Notes under the pieces: generated by a model
Database searches by the model: none
What the model was told of the DNA's origin: nothing
What the model saw: the letters and a program-made list of their open reading frames with translations, nothing else
Shown: positions 23,847 to 36,919 of the stretch, in pieces
Layout: every line of letters starts with the position of its first letter
Position numbering within the stretch: the first letter of the stretch is position 1
Translations under genes and position numbers: made by a program
Source: Octopus sinensis
Lineage: Eukaryota
Assembly (NCBI RefSeq): GCF_006345805.1
Contig: NC_043012.1
Location: 3,720,001 to 3,784,000, forward strand
Length of the DNA: 64,000 bases
Direction: 5' to 3'

Positions 23847-26800
23847 GTGTGTGTGTGTCTGTGTGTGTCTGTGTGTGTGTTGCAACTCATTGCTTTGGTT
23901 GTGCTAATGATTAGTTCACTTGTCTTTCACTGAAATTCTTTTTCCATTTTTCTATGGCATCATTACATTTTGAATCTCTTTCATCATTCTTGTCGTCGTC
24001 ACCACCATCATCATCATCATCATCATTTTTCCATAAATAATTTCAAATTCTACATGGCTAAAAACAAAAAGCAAAAAAGAAATCACCAAAAATGTGAACT
24101 AATTCTCTACTGAAAATTGTAATGGTGGTTAAATTATTTAATAGCTTCCTTAACGGAAATAAGACCGAACAAAAAGAACAGGAAAAGCCTGTCCCTTTCG
24201 AGAACTTCCACAATTGATCTTAATGTTAATAAAATGTCAATAGAAGTTTGCTATTCATTCGAGTAATAATACTTTGTGGGGAAGAGGCGGTTGTTTTTTT
24301 GCATTGTTTGTTGCTGGTTTTCTTTTGAAATCTCCCCCCCAACTCATATTATCTATTTACTATTATATTAAGGATTAGATTGATGAATACAAAGGATAAT
24401 TTGGGGTGTGTGTTCTTGTGTATATATATATATATATATACTCACACACACATGCATACATCCCACTATTTCACTTTTTGCCAGACTTGTAATTTGCATC
24501 GGATCTGGATGTCCTTTTTCAGATATCTAATTATCTTTTTTTTTTTTTCATTTTTACCAGTAATATAGATTGGTACTCATTTCGGTTATTAGCTGGAATT
24601 AGTTCATGAAAAGTACACTGACCAATATTCAGGTTGTTTAAGGTAGCGAACTGGCAGAATCATTAGCACACCAGGCGAAATGCCTAGTGGCATTTCATCC
24701 ATCTTTGCGTTCTGAGTTCAAGTTCATCTGAGGTTGACTTTACCTTTCATCCTTTTCAGGGTCTGTAAAATAAGTACCAGTTGAACACTAGGGTTGATGT
24801 AATTAACTAGCCCCTTTTCTGAAATTGCTCATTTAGTGCTAAACTTTGAAATCAATATTAGGGTTGTTTGTTAATAATGGAAAGCAGAGATTAGGGAGGC
24901 CAAACAAAATTACTGTTGTATACTAGTTATTTTTTTTTTTTAAATCTAAATTAGTGATGTAAGTAAATTGTTTTTATTTTCTTACTCGTTTTCAGTCATT
25001 GGACTGCAGCTATGTCAGGACACCACCTTGAAGGGTTTAGCTGAACAAATTTACCCCCAGTACTTTTTATTTTTTATCTCAAGTCTGGTACTTAATCTGT
25101 GAGTCCCTTTTGCTGAACAACTAAGTTACAGGGATGTGAACAAACCAACACCAGTTGTCAAGTGGTAGAGGGACAAACATAAACACACACACATATATAC
25201 GTATATATAATGAGATTCCACACAGTTCCTGTTTATCAAATTCTGGAGCCTGGTGCAGCCATCTGGCTCACCAGTCCCCAGTCAAACCAACCCATGCCAG
25301 CATGGAAAGCAGACGTTAGATGATGATGATGAATAACAAGGTGTCAGCCAGCCCAGGGCTCACAGTAGAAGACTTGTCCAAACTGGTGCAAGGTAGGATT
25401 TCATCTGGAACCACAGGGTTGTAGAGTAAGCCATCTTAATCACAACCATGCTTGTGCCTGTTTATTTAATTTTTTTTTTGGTGGTTTAGTCATTGAAGGA
25501 AAGACAGCAGCCAAGTGGGGTAAGGTAGTGGTGTAAACTGGGCAATGGATTAAGTCTACTTCCTGAATTGAATTGTAATTTAGTCCTTGTAACTTTAGGG
25601 TTTTTAAGAAAGATTTGATCAAGAAAATGAAGTAAAAGAAAGAAAAAGCCCTTAGTTTGTCTTCCTTTTCATCTTTTATACTTCAATCCTTTTGTAGATT
25701 AACAAGTTTTCGAAGCCATCTTTGGGTTCAATTAGATTGTGATAATGGATTATAAATATAGTTTTTGAACAACAATCTTGTGAGGGCTAAACATGATTTT
25801 TTTTTTTTTGCTCAGTTCTTCACCAACACCTGACACTTGGTGTCTTTTGTGGTATCTGCTATACCGCCAACATGTGGACCAAGTCTCCAGTCAGTGAATA
25901 ATTGAATGAATATCTTGATGTGCTATTTCTTTGCTGCCACAAACTCACTTTCTTCCCTTCTTCCTCTCCTCCCACCAGCAGTGGTGGTTCATGGAGATTG
26001 CCCTTTCACCTCTGATTAAACCCATAAAAGCAATTTGGTAATCATTGATTCCCTATTATAATCAAATGGTAATTTACAACATACATGGAATTTTGCATGC
26101 TGATTGATATCAGAAAATGATATGCTTTAACACAAATGGTCAGGGTCTCCAAGAGGAATTTTACAAGATCAAACAAGACTCTTTTCAGGTCCCCTGGAAA
26201 CAAAGGTTCTCTCAAGGAACTTCAAGGGAGCTAACTTTTTTGGGGGTTTTTTTCTTGTAAGAAACCCATCAGATATTCACAAGCCTACCCTTGGCTTTCA
26301 AAACCCTTGCCAAATTTACTGTCTGCTTCTACACCACTGAACCCTAACCCAAAAATTATACATGCTATTACATAAACTGATTGATATTAACAAATAGTAT
26401 GATATAAGACACTTAGTGTTATACAAACTGATATCAACAAATGGTATGATATTGAGTGGAACTTTCTTTAGTATTACAGCAATGTATGTCCTCTGTATAC
26501 ATATTGATTTGTGTCTAGGTAACATCACTGAAAATGCTCCCACTTCCAATTTAAAGAGTTAGATATTAGAGCTTTTGATAAACACACATATAATGATGAT
26601 TGATGTTGAGGGCATGTAATTTTGAAAAAAAAAACAAACCGAATTCACTTTTTCTCCACAATTGATGCAAAATTCTGAATTTGCAGATCCATCCAACCTA
26701 TCATATCCTGGGAAAATGCTTGCAAAAATAAATTTTAAAAAAAAGCTTGCAATGTTAAAAAAAAAATTTTAAAGCTATACCCATGCTAGCATGGAAAACG

Positions 26801-27593
26801 GATGCTAAACGATGATGATGATGATGATGACTTAAAATCTAAATTGATATCAACCTGCTATTTGCTTTATGTTGCTTATCACACTATTTTAACAATTTAA
26901 TATTCAAGTTCTTAACAGAAGCCTAAGGAATAGGTATATGTAGCATAAAAAATTTTATCAAACTCTTTTGATAATAACACATTTATGACTGCCCCTGGTT
27001 TAATGATACAAATTTCCTGTTTTAATATTTTCTAAATTAAAACTTGCCATCAAACTTTCATGTTGATTTATGTTCCAAACACCTGCTTAATGATGACAGT
27101 TATTTTAATAAATTCTTAATTATTTTCAAAATTAATTGAAACGAAAGCAGTGTATTCTAACAGAAATATGGTAAGATAAGGGTTAAGAAAAAGTAGTGCA
27201 ATTTGAAGATCTGGCGGCTACTGTTTCTAACACAGTCTTATTTTTCTGCTAAGTAGACATAAGGTGCACACAGTTATGTATTTCACTTCAACGTACATGA
27301 CAAATATCTTTGGTAAGGTTTGAATATATGATTTTTAAATGCCAATAGTTCAACTTTTAGTTTATACATTATTCCTCTCAGTTTCTGTCCTTCTAACAAC
27401 AATAACATTGTTATAGCATTCTTAAAATGAAATTTAGTAAACAAGAACCTTTAGATTCCAGAACTTGTTCTTTGTTCTCTTGAAATTAGATTCCAGTGAC
27501 TCTTCCACAATTCAAAGACTTTCCTCACTTTGAAATTTGATTTCTCTCTTCTATCTTTAGAACCCAACCAATTTTTTTTTCTATTTTAGTTTA

Positions 27594-28011
27594 TTTTACT
27601 CTTACTCTTTACTCTTTTACATGTTTCAGTCATTTGACTGTGGCCATGCTGGAGCACCGCCTTTAGTCGAGTAAATCGACCCCTGGACTTATTCTTTGTA
27701 AGCCTAGTACTTATTCTATCGGTCACTTTTGCTGAACCGCTAAGTTACGGGGACGTAAACACACCAACATCAATTGTCAAGCAATGATGGGGGTGGGGGG
27801 ACAAACACAGACACACAAACACAAATATATATTTATACATATATACAACAAGCTTCTTTCAGTTTCCATCTACCAAATCCACTCACAAGGCATTGGTCGG
27901 GCCGGGGCTATAGTAGAAGACACCTGCCCAAGGTGCCTCGCAGTGGGACTGAACCCAGAACCATTTGGTTGGTAAGCAAGCTACTTATCACACAGCTACT
28001 CCTGCGCCTAT
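27594..28011 (-). mobile_element. SINE family A
   Basis: Full-length copy with a (CTTTTA)n-like tail. Confidence 0.85.
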
Positions 28012-28132
28012 ATAAAAAAATTTTTTTGTACTCCTGCTTTTATAACTTTCCGGGTTTTCTCCTTCAAATTCCACTCAAGGTTTGGTTGTCCTGTTTTAAA
28101 AATCAACCAACCTCTTGTCCATTTAACTTAAA

Positions 28133-28327
28133 CCCTTTAGCATTCAGATTACTCTGCTGAATCTAATGCTTATTTATTCTCATTGTTTTAACTTTTGCTT
28201 TATCTTGGAGCTTTGAGATTTTTAGAATGACATTGTAGGATAATTGTAAGAGGCTGGATGTGGCTGGTTTAAACATGAAACAACTTGAATTTTAGGGCCC
28301 GATGTGTCCAGTTTAAATGCTAAAGGG
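28133..28327. mobile_element. piggyBac-type MITE
   Basis: CCCTTTAGCATT...AATGCTAAAGGG TIRs with TTAA(A)/TTAA flanks; related copies at ~19905-20116 and ~47820-48010. Confidence 0.7.
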
Positions 28328-31300
28328 TTAAACTTAAGCTATCTTTACCCTGTCCCCACCCCTTTTTTAATGGTACCTATTTTAGGTACCATACTGCTCA
28401 CAGAAATAATTCCAAGGTCATAACTGTACCAATAATTTACCCTAAAAAGCACATTTTTTTCCGGTATTTTGCCAGTGGGCCATGTGTTTTGCTTGACATG
28501 TTTGTAATCAAGACACCCACTCACCCACCTACTGTGTCAACAGAATATAAATACTTAAATATATAAATAAATAGATACATAAGATCAAAGTTTCCTGTCA
28601 TACTATATCTTTCTTCCTCATATTTTCCCCTTTCTCGCATAGACTTCTCCTAAGTAGGTTTACATCTTCCTTCAAGCTAGGCTTGCTTTTTTATTTTCAT
28701 AATTTTTTAGTCAAAATAACCAGGAAATAACACCGACTCTGCTTCATCATCATCATCATCATCATTTAATGTCTGTGTTCCATGCTGGCATGGGTTGGAT
28801 GATTTGACAAAAGCTGGCAAGTCAGAGAGTTGCACCAGGCTCCAGCTGTCTGCTTTAGCATGGTTTCTATGTTTGGATACCTTCCTAATGCCAGCCACTT
28901 TACAGAGTATACTGGGTGCTTTTTTGTTGTTTTTTTACATAAAACCAGCACAGGTGCTTTTTATGTGACACCAGCATGGGTACTTTTACGTGGCACCAGT
29001 ATGGGTGCTGTTTATGTGGCACCAGCATGGGTGATACAAGCTTGTAAATTATCTTTAAAATGTGTTAGTTTATTAGCAGAATCAGGTAAGTTGAAATTTG
29101 TTTGTCACATATACACTGCAGTTACCATGGAAAATAAATCTCTCTTATGGTAAAAAGGTGTGAAAACACCCTGTTCATTTAGTGTCGCCATCTATAAGAA
29201 ATCCCAGACATCGATGTTTTGAGCTTATTGACTCTTATCAATGAGATGCACCTAAAAGAGGCAACTCTAAACAAACTTAGTAAAGCTGTAGCTTTATATA
29301 TAATTCAGTCAACATGCTGTTTATTTTTTTTTTTTTTGTACCTCGTTGTCAGATGATGAGGATGGTGATAAATGATGATGATGATTTGTAGCAGAGACAA
29401 ATAGTCACACATTTTGGAGGAAGCTATCTTTGATTCATTTAACCTCGTTATTTGACTGGTATTTATCTCATCAATACCCTCTCCATTCAAAATTTGACTT
29501 CAGATATTTTCTGTTTGTTCTTTGTATTTTTTTTAATGGTTTTCATCTAAAGGAAGGATCTATGTATATAGCCTTCAACAGGTCCTCCAAGATTGGTGAG
29601 GTCAATGTCATTGGTATTCTTGAACAACAGCAAGTCTATGACTGCTTACCAGTGTAGCCATCATAATTTCCATCACCACCACTGTCGTCATAATCAGCAT
29701 CACCACCACTGTTAACATAATAACCATCACCTCACTTCCATCATTATGTCAGCACTACTTAAGGAAGCTTCTATGAGGTTGTTTGACATGCTAGATATAG
29801 CAACAACTCTTCCTTGTATCACATCCCTGTCATCATAAAAAAAAAAAAGAGATGATAATCTTTGATGTAAAGAGAGAGATAAGTTACATTAAATCTCTGA
29901 GTGAGAGATTAACAGTACAGTGACAGTGTTTTGCTAGAAAAAAGATATAGTACTTTGCAAGTGGAATGAATGTGCTTAAGACAGGTAACCACCAGAAACC
30001 TGGATTTGTGTGTATCATGTAAGGCTAGAGATGGGAGCGATGACCTCCCTCACAAATACTAATCAGACACAGACCGTATGGCATTGGCCAGTTGGAGGAG
30101 ATGTCTTCCTCGGGGCTAAAAACGACAGTAATATCATTCTCTATAGGACAGCCACATTTAGTTGGCAAATATATTTTACGAATCTTAGATGTATTATATC
30201 TGAAAAGAAAAAAGCAGATGGAATAGTCACAGCTGGAATGCCTATGATTATAGATCTAATCTACCAGGGCTAATCTGCAGCTAAATACCATCATGTTCAC
30301 TGTTATTACCATCAACACCATACACCATATTTTTTCTTTGCACTAATGTTTTCAGAAAGATGCTCTGCCTGGCTCTTAACTCTAAACAAATTTATGACCA
30401 GTGGCTCTTGAATTCACCCTCTTAGCAACGCACTTATGTAGGTTTGATATGGGGAGTGGTTAAATTAATGTAACAACTTACATGAAAATTAAATCTCTTA
30501 ACTTTCACAAATAAAGAAATTAATGGCATAATTAATGAAGAAAAAGAGAAAATAATACATATACACATAGGTATGTGTGTGTGTGTGTGTGTGTGTTATA
30601 CATAAACACATATCATTTAACATCCGTTTCTATGTATGAGTGTATGTACATATATAATATTCATACATACAGGGTGTGCTAAGCAACCAAGAATAAAATA
30701 AAATACAAAGAAAAACAAATACCAAAATGAAAAAAACAACTTAATTTCAGAAAAATGGCACACACATTCAAGTAGATAGATCAAAGAAACAAAATTCCCT
30801 TCAGTGCTAAGAACAACTCTGGTGCAATCACAGATGCAACTACTTGCCAAGATTAGGTTGTTGCCCACCCAATCTGTGCATTGTGAATAGGAAAGAAGTT
30901 TACAGTAAGTCCTTGAGATTATTATGCTGCCAGTTGCCCCACCTCAGTTCTATTGCTCAAGGCTCAGCTGTTCAGTTTCAAATCAGAAGAACAAGGATGA
31001 CATTTAGGCTGGAGGTCAGTTGGTAACCTGGTTCTCTCAGATTTTTTCAGGCGTGGACTACCCTTCCTCATATTATAAGAGTTGCACTTGATGTCCACGT
31101 GTCTGATATAGGACTTCACCATCTTGAACTGCTCGACAATGACCCTCATTGTCCTTGTTTAATGTCTGTTTTCCATACTGACACAGGATGAATGGTTTGA
31201 CAGGATCCAGTGAGCTGCAGGACTGCTCCAAGCTCCAGTAATAGCTTTGGTATAGTTTCTATGTCTGGATGCCCTTCTTAATGCCTTGTTTTAAAGTACT

Positions 31301-31520
31301 CTAAATTAAAATCTTTCATCAAAAGTTCATTTTATTTTATGTTTCAGCCATTTGCTTAATATGACGAAATTATTTTTATGAAATTCATTATTTCTAATAT
31401 TAGTTGAAATAAAGCAATGTATTTCAATAAATTTATGGTAACAAAAGGCTGCCATACTTTCTCATTAATGTGTGTGTGTGCGTGCTTGGTGCAAACAGGA
31501 GGAATAAAATTCAATACAAA

Positions 31521-31881
31521 ACAAGAGCACTCTGAGAGCGTAAATCTCCACCAAGGCAACACCAACATCCTCTCAACCAGAGATGATTTTTAAAATGAGA
31601 ATATCTGAAATAAACTTGACTGCTCTCACAAAGGAGAATGCTAAAAATGAACTCGACCGCTCTCGGAAATTAAGTAAACAAAAAACAAGAAAAATAATCC
31701 AGAATCCTTGTACAGTATCAGATTGATCCCAAAATCTAATCAGTTTATGCCAGTCAGAAGGCCAAACATCTCTGAAAGTTTTATCTGAATCCATCCAGCG
31801 GTTCTTGAGATATCTTGTTCATGGACAAACAAACAAACACAACTGAAAACAATACCTCAGCCTTCGCTAAGGCAGAGGTAA
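31521..31881. mobile_element. Non-autonomous Helentron/DINE-like element (family E)
   Basis: Subterminal CTCCACCAAGG near one end; (CAAA)n and terminal hairpin TACCTCAGCCTT-cgct-AAGGCAGAGGTA at the other; second copy at 61001-61361. Confidence 0.55.
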
Positions 31882-33073
31882 AAATGGAGCAAATATTTAG
31901 CTGTGAAGCTAAATAAGTAACTCAAAGGCCAAGAGTTTTATGCACATTACTTGGCAAACCCAATGTATGAAACTCAGCTTATGAGTCACTTACAAAGTCA
32001 TACAGCTTATAGATAGCGAGATAGATAGATTGATAGCAAGATGGATAGATAGATAGCAAGATGGTTGGATGTCTGTCTGTCTGTCTTAAAATTTCAAATG
32101 GTATTTGTGTTTCTGTTCTGTTAATTGTACCATACACTTTTTACTTTTTAATTAATTGAATACATTTGAATGGAATCAGAAAATGCTTTGCTTCGAGGGC
32201 ATAGTTCCTATAGAGTTACTTTAGCAGTGTTGCAAATGCTTGGTTCCTCTCAATATAGAAGTAGCTAAAGGAATGTCGATGGTGACAACAGCAATGATGG
32301 CAATGGTAGTAAGCTATAAAAAAATGTGTTTTCTTGTTAGTCATCAATTTTTATTAATCTAATCTTGCTTTCTTAGTTTGTTGAACGTTGATACTTTAAA
32401 TTGATATAGAGAAAGGTTGGGTTAGGTAGGATTATTTTTATGTAAGGAAAAAGAAACATAAATCATAAAAAATCTATTGCTGCTGTTATTTTGTTTCACA
32501 GAAAGATGACTATAAGATAGCCTACAATCTGGGGATCTACGATTAGACAAATGAAATCTATCTTTTAGTTAAAATGGTTCTGTTAGACAGTTGAGAGAAG
32601 CTAGCTCTTTTCATCTCTTCCAAATACAAGATGCATTTTGATGTTATCTCATTGTATCCTGTCACAGTGAAAAAAAAAAAATGAGATGGTATTTATCAAA
32701 TAGATAATTTTTAGATAAGTGCGCCATGCTTCAAATATTGTGACAACGAATTGATGTAGGATGTGGGGAGCAAAGGAGGTTGTTGGAAAAGATAATTAAA
32801 GCATTACTTTTTTTCTCTTTATATCGTATGACAAACTTAAAATAAACCGTTAATTTCTATTTAAACTTGGAAGATTTTGCACAGATGTTTGTGTGTAAGT
32901 TATATATATATATTTATATAAAGTCATCATACATCCGTTTATCCATGCTGGTATGGGTTAGAGATAGAAACAACTATGTTTTGATTTAATCTTTTTTTAT
33001 TAAAGTTTCCTTGTATCATTATATCAGTCCCTTAAAGTTCATTGAGAACGATAAAGTTCTCACATTCATCTGT

Positions 33074-33700
33074 ATCAATGTTTCTAACCTATCTTACTCT
33101 CATCCTCTTGATGTGGACTGGTTTTGACTTTGTTTATATAGGCTTTCCTGCCAGGATTTGGCAGTTAGAGTTCTATGCCATCAGATTTGCAATTGTGACA
33201 TGTATATATTGTATCTTAATTATAGCCTTGTGTTGGTATAATATTGGTATTACTTCCGTAATCAGGCATCTGTTTCTGTGGGAACTTCTGTAAAGTATAG
33301 ATGCACTTTCTGTTAATATTTTTCTGTTTAGTTTTGTTTTATGCTGTATGGTGTAGTGTGTTGTTACTGCTCCTTGTCTAAATGTATGTTCAGCCCACAA
33401 AAATGCCATACTTGTCTGGCCAGTGTAGCAGTTGAAGTCATGAAGTTTTCAATTTCTGCTTTTACAGTTAGATTTATAAATCACATTGGTCATTCTAAGT
33501 TTGGTATTGGGTTTCCATGCCTCTGGTGTGTTGCTAGTAAGGTTTTTGATTTTATTATTTTTGTAATATATTACTAGAAGCAGCTTATGAGTTGGTGTGA
33601 AGGTAGAATGTTTTCATGTGTCCACTTAAGAGTGCTTAAAAAGTTTGTTTATTATAGGATAAAGTCAGGCTAAACACGAAGCAATGTGAACAATAAGACA
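33074..33700 (-). mobile_element. Penelope-like element remnant, GIY-YIG endonuclease region (pseudogenised)
   Basis: Minus-strand translation 33487-33209: NVIYKSNCKSRN*KLHDFNCYTGQTSMAFLWAEHTFRQGAVTTHYTIQH...ILYRSSHRNRCLITEVIPILYQHKAIIKIQ, showing VIY...YTGQT, H..GA...H...H and IL..R..I.E..I motifs of PLE GIY-YIG domains; in-frame stop present. Confidence 0.75.
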
Positions 33701-34419
33701 CTTGAAAATAAAACAAAGTATGCAAATATGTGTGTGTGTGTCTGGTTAGTGTTGACTATCAGAAAAACGAGTGTTCGGTACTATAGTAGAGACTAATATT
33801 ATTTTCATTTTGGTCAAGTCAGTCCATTGCTTCTCTGAGTTTCACTCACCAGCATTTTGAACAAATAGTCATAATTTTCCTGAACACCCACAGCCAAAAC
33901 TCAGAGTAGTAAGAGTCTGACACAGCCAAAATTATATATGTCATGTATGCCATAAGGTCTGCAAATCTAATGGAGGCCTCAAAAGACATTTTCAGATCCA
34001 CAAAGATCAGAGCTTAACTGAAGCTCTTGGTGGTCCAAATCAGATATGCCACGATGGATCTCAGGTGTAAGTACAAGAGGTGGTCAGACTCTGCATAAGG
34101 AGCAGACAACCACCATATCATCATCATCATCATCATCGTTTAACGTCCACTTTTCATGCTGGCATGGGTTGGATGGTTTGACTGAGGGCTGGCGAGCCAG
34201 ATGGCTGCACCAGGCTCCAATCTGATCTGGCAGAGTTTCTACAGCTGGATGCCCTTCCTAACGCCAACCACTACAAGAGTGTATGGGTGCTTTTATGTGC
34301 CACCAGCACAAGGGCCAGTCAGGCAGTTCTGTCAATGACCATGCTCAAATGGTGGTTTTTATGTGCCACCTGCACAGGAGTCAATGCGCGCACGCACACA
34401 CACACACACACACACACAC

Positions 34420-34527
34420 TAGGTTGAGGAAAAGTTTATGCACTGTGTTAAAATGAACACACACACCACAAAAATATATAAAAATGCATTATTTTAACAT
34501 GGTGCACAAACTTTTTCCTCAACCTAA
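34420..34527. mobile_element. MADE-like mariner MITE (~108 bp)
   Basis: TAGGTTGAGGAAAAGTTTATGCAC...GTGCACAAACTTTTTCCTCAACCTA long TIRs of the mariner TTAGGTTG type. Confidence 0.75.
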
Positions 34528-34533
34528 TATATG

Positions 34534-34569
<36 letters not shown>

Positions 34570-35212
34570 TGTTCTATTAAAGACATGACTATTTTTCAGT
34601 TTTTTTCTTCTTTATTAAAGATTTTTCATTTTTCCATATAAACGCTTTGTTGTTTATTTAGAACATTAAGGTTCCTAGATGTGTAATCAACTTTTCTAGA
34701 CTTTCACAACCTCATCATCAGGATATGAAATATATTTGGCTTCTGCATTTGGCTTTTATAAAAGTAGTTGAATTTGTTTTTACCATCAAGAATTTTGACC
34801 TTTTGACTTCCATGTCAGCAGTCACATGGTAATATTGTTTTAAAGTAGCCAAATTTATGTAGATTTTATTGTCCCAATTTTTTAACCATTAAATTTCCAC
34901 GCTGGAAATTTGTTTCAGACAAACTATGAAAAAACTTATAAAGAAACCCAAACAATTTTTAATACACAAGTTAAAATTGGAACATAGTTGCTTTTTGTTT
35001 TTTAATGAAACCAGTACAAAAGAAAAGCTGCCACCCCCATATGTATGCGTATACACACATAATCATAGGAAGCAGAATTTTTTGTCTTTATGAAAAAGAC
35101 CATTTTTTTTCCCCTTTCTTTCACAACTTTGCTAATGTGCAGCAAATATTTGATGTCAATTACATCCATTTAAGTTTTGTAATAATACAATGCTACACTG
35201 GTGATGTCCTTA

Positions 35213-35260
<48 letters not shown>

Positions 35261-35539
35261 TAAAGTTTGCTTTTGTGTTGAAATATAATAAAAATAACTT
35301 TACATTAAACTGGGATTATGCAATAATTTTGTGGAGTAAATGTTTATTATTTCTTGTTCTTTTACAAGAATAGTGTTGTCACTGACTTCCAAAGTTTGGT
35401 CTGCTTAACCTTCACTCTCAATACTTTTCTTATTAAAGAATGATAAAGATACATCATCAACATTTAATGTCCATTTTCCATGTTGCCATGGATATATATA
35501 TATGGGGCAAGCGAAATCGAAATCGAATTGAACCAGCCA

Positions 35540-35872
35540 GGATCCCTGGTCTGGTGGTACGTAAAAAGCACTATCCGACTCATGGCCGATGCCAGCACCG
35601 CCTCGACTGGCTTCCGTGCCGGTGGCACATAAAATACACCAATCTGACCGTGGCCGTTGCCAGCCCCGTCTGGCACCTGTGCAGGTGGCACGTAAAAAGC
35701 ACCCACTACACTCACGGAGTGGTTGGCGTTAGGAAGGGCATCCAGCTGTAGAAACATTGCCAAATTAGACTGGAGCCTGGTGCAGCCTTCTGGCTTCCCA
35801 GAACCCCGGTCGAACCGTCCAACCCATGCTAGCATGGAGAACGGACGTTTAAACGACGATGATGATGATGAT
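35540..35872 (+). mobile_element. Family C retroposon 3' region (sense copy)
   Basis: Same structure ending in (GAT)n; other + copies at ~22075-22268 and ~37555-37755. Confidence 0.75.
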
Positions 35873-35900
35873 GATATATATATATATATATATATATATA

Positions 35901-36270
35901 CTCTTTTACTTGTTTCAGTCATTTGACTGCGGCCATGCTGGGGCACCGCTTTAGTCGACCAAATCGACCCCAGGGCTTATTCTTTGTAAGCCTAGTACTT
36001 ATTCTATTGGTCTCCTTTCCTGAACCGCTAAGTTACGGGGGCGTAAACACACCAGCATCGGTTGTCAAGCAATGCTGGGGGGACAAACACAGACACACAT
36101 ACATATACATATATATATACGATGAGCTTCTTTCAGTTTCTATCTACAAGGCTTCGGTTGGCCCGAGGCTATGGTAGAAGACACTTGCCCAAGGTGCCAT
36201 GCAATGGGACTGAATCCAGAACCATGTGGTTGGTAAGCAAGTTACTTACTACACAGCCACTCCTGTGCCT
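35901..36270 (-). mobile_element. SINE family A (left arm of an inverted pair)
   Basis: Near full-length copy, head-to-head with 36285-36919. Confidence 0.85.
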
Positions 36271-36284
36271 TTTGCATGATATAT

Positions 36285-36453
36285 ATAGGTGTAAGAATGG
36301 TTGTGTGGTAAAAATCTTGCTTCCCAACCACATGTTCTGGGTTCAGTCCCACTGCGTGGCACCTTGGGCAAGTGTCTTCTACTATAGCCTCGGGCCAACC
36401 AAAGCCTTGTGAGTGGATTTGGTAGATGGAAACTGAAAGAAGCCCATTGTGTT

Positions 36454-36485
<32 letters not shown>

Positions 36486-36919
36486 ATCAAAATGTGACTA
36501 TATATTTCAAAATGTGACTACATGTGGATTGTTGGTGATTTTTTTTTCCTCCATCTTCCTTTTCTCTTGGACTTTCCTCTGTCTCCTGTTTCTGAAGAAG
36601 AGCTTTGCTCAAACCCTTTCTTTCCTTCCCTGAGCATCTTTTAATACTTTGCATGTACCACGTCCTCACGGTGTTGTTTTTTATTGTTTTTTTCTTTTTT
36701 TTTTTATTATATATGCATTTGTGTCTCTGTGTTTATCCCCACACCATTGCTTGACAGCTGATGTTGGTGTGTTTACATCCCAATAACTTAGTTGTTCGGC
36801 AAAAGAGAGCAATAGAATAAGTACTAGGCTTACAAGGAATAAGTCTTGGGGTCGATTTGTTTGGCTAAAGGTGGTGCTCCAGCATGGCCGCAGTCAAATG
36901 ACTGAAACAAGTAAAAGAA
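36285..36919 (+). mobile_element. SINE family A split by a ~235-bp insertion in its microsatellite middle
   Basis: 5' half 36285-36480, foreign insert ~36481-36715, 3' half ~36716-36919. Confidence 0.75.

Noticed and set aside
30840-31160. GC-richer segments here and at ~37960-38210 with faint RTE endonuclease-like words (RHVDI; SAYDPK)
   Set aside because: Similarity is too fragmentary to support a call without a database search.
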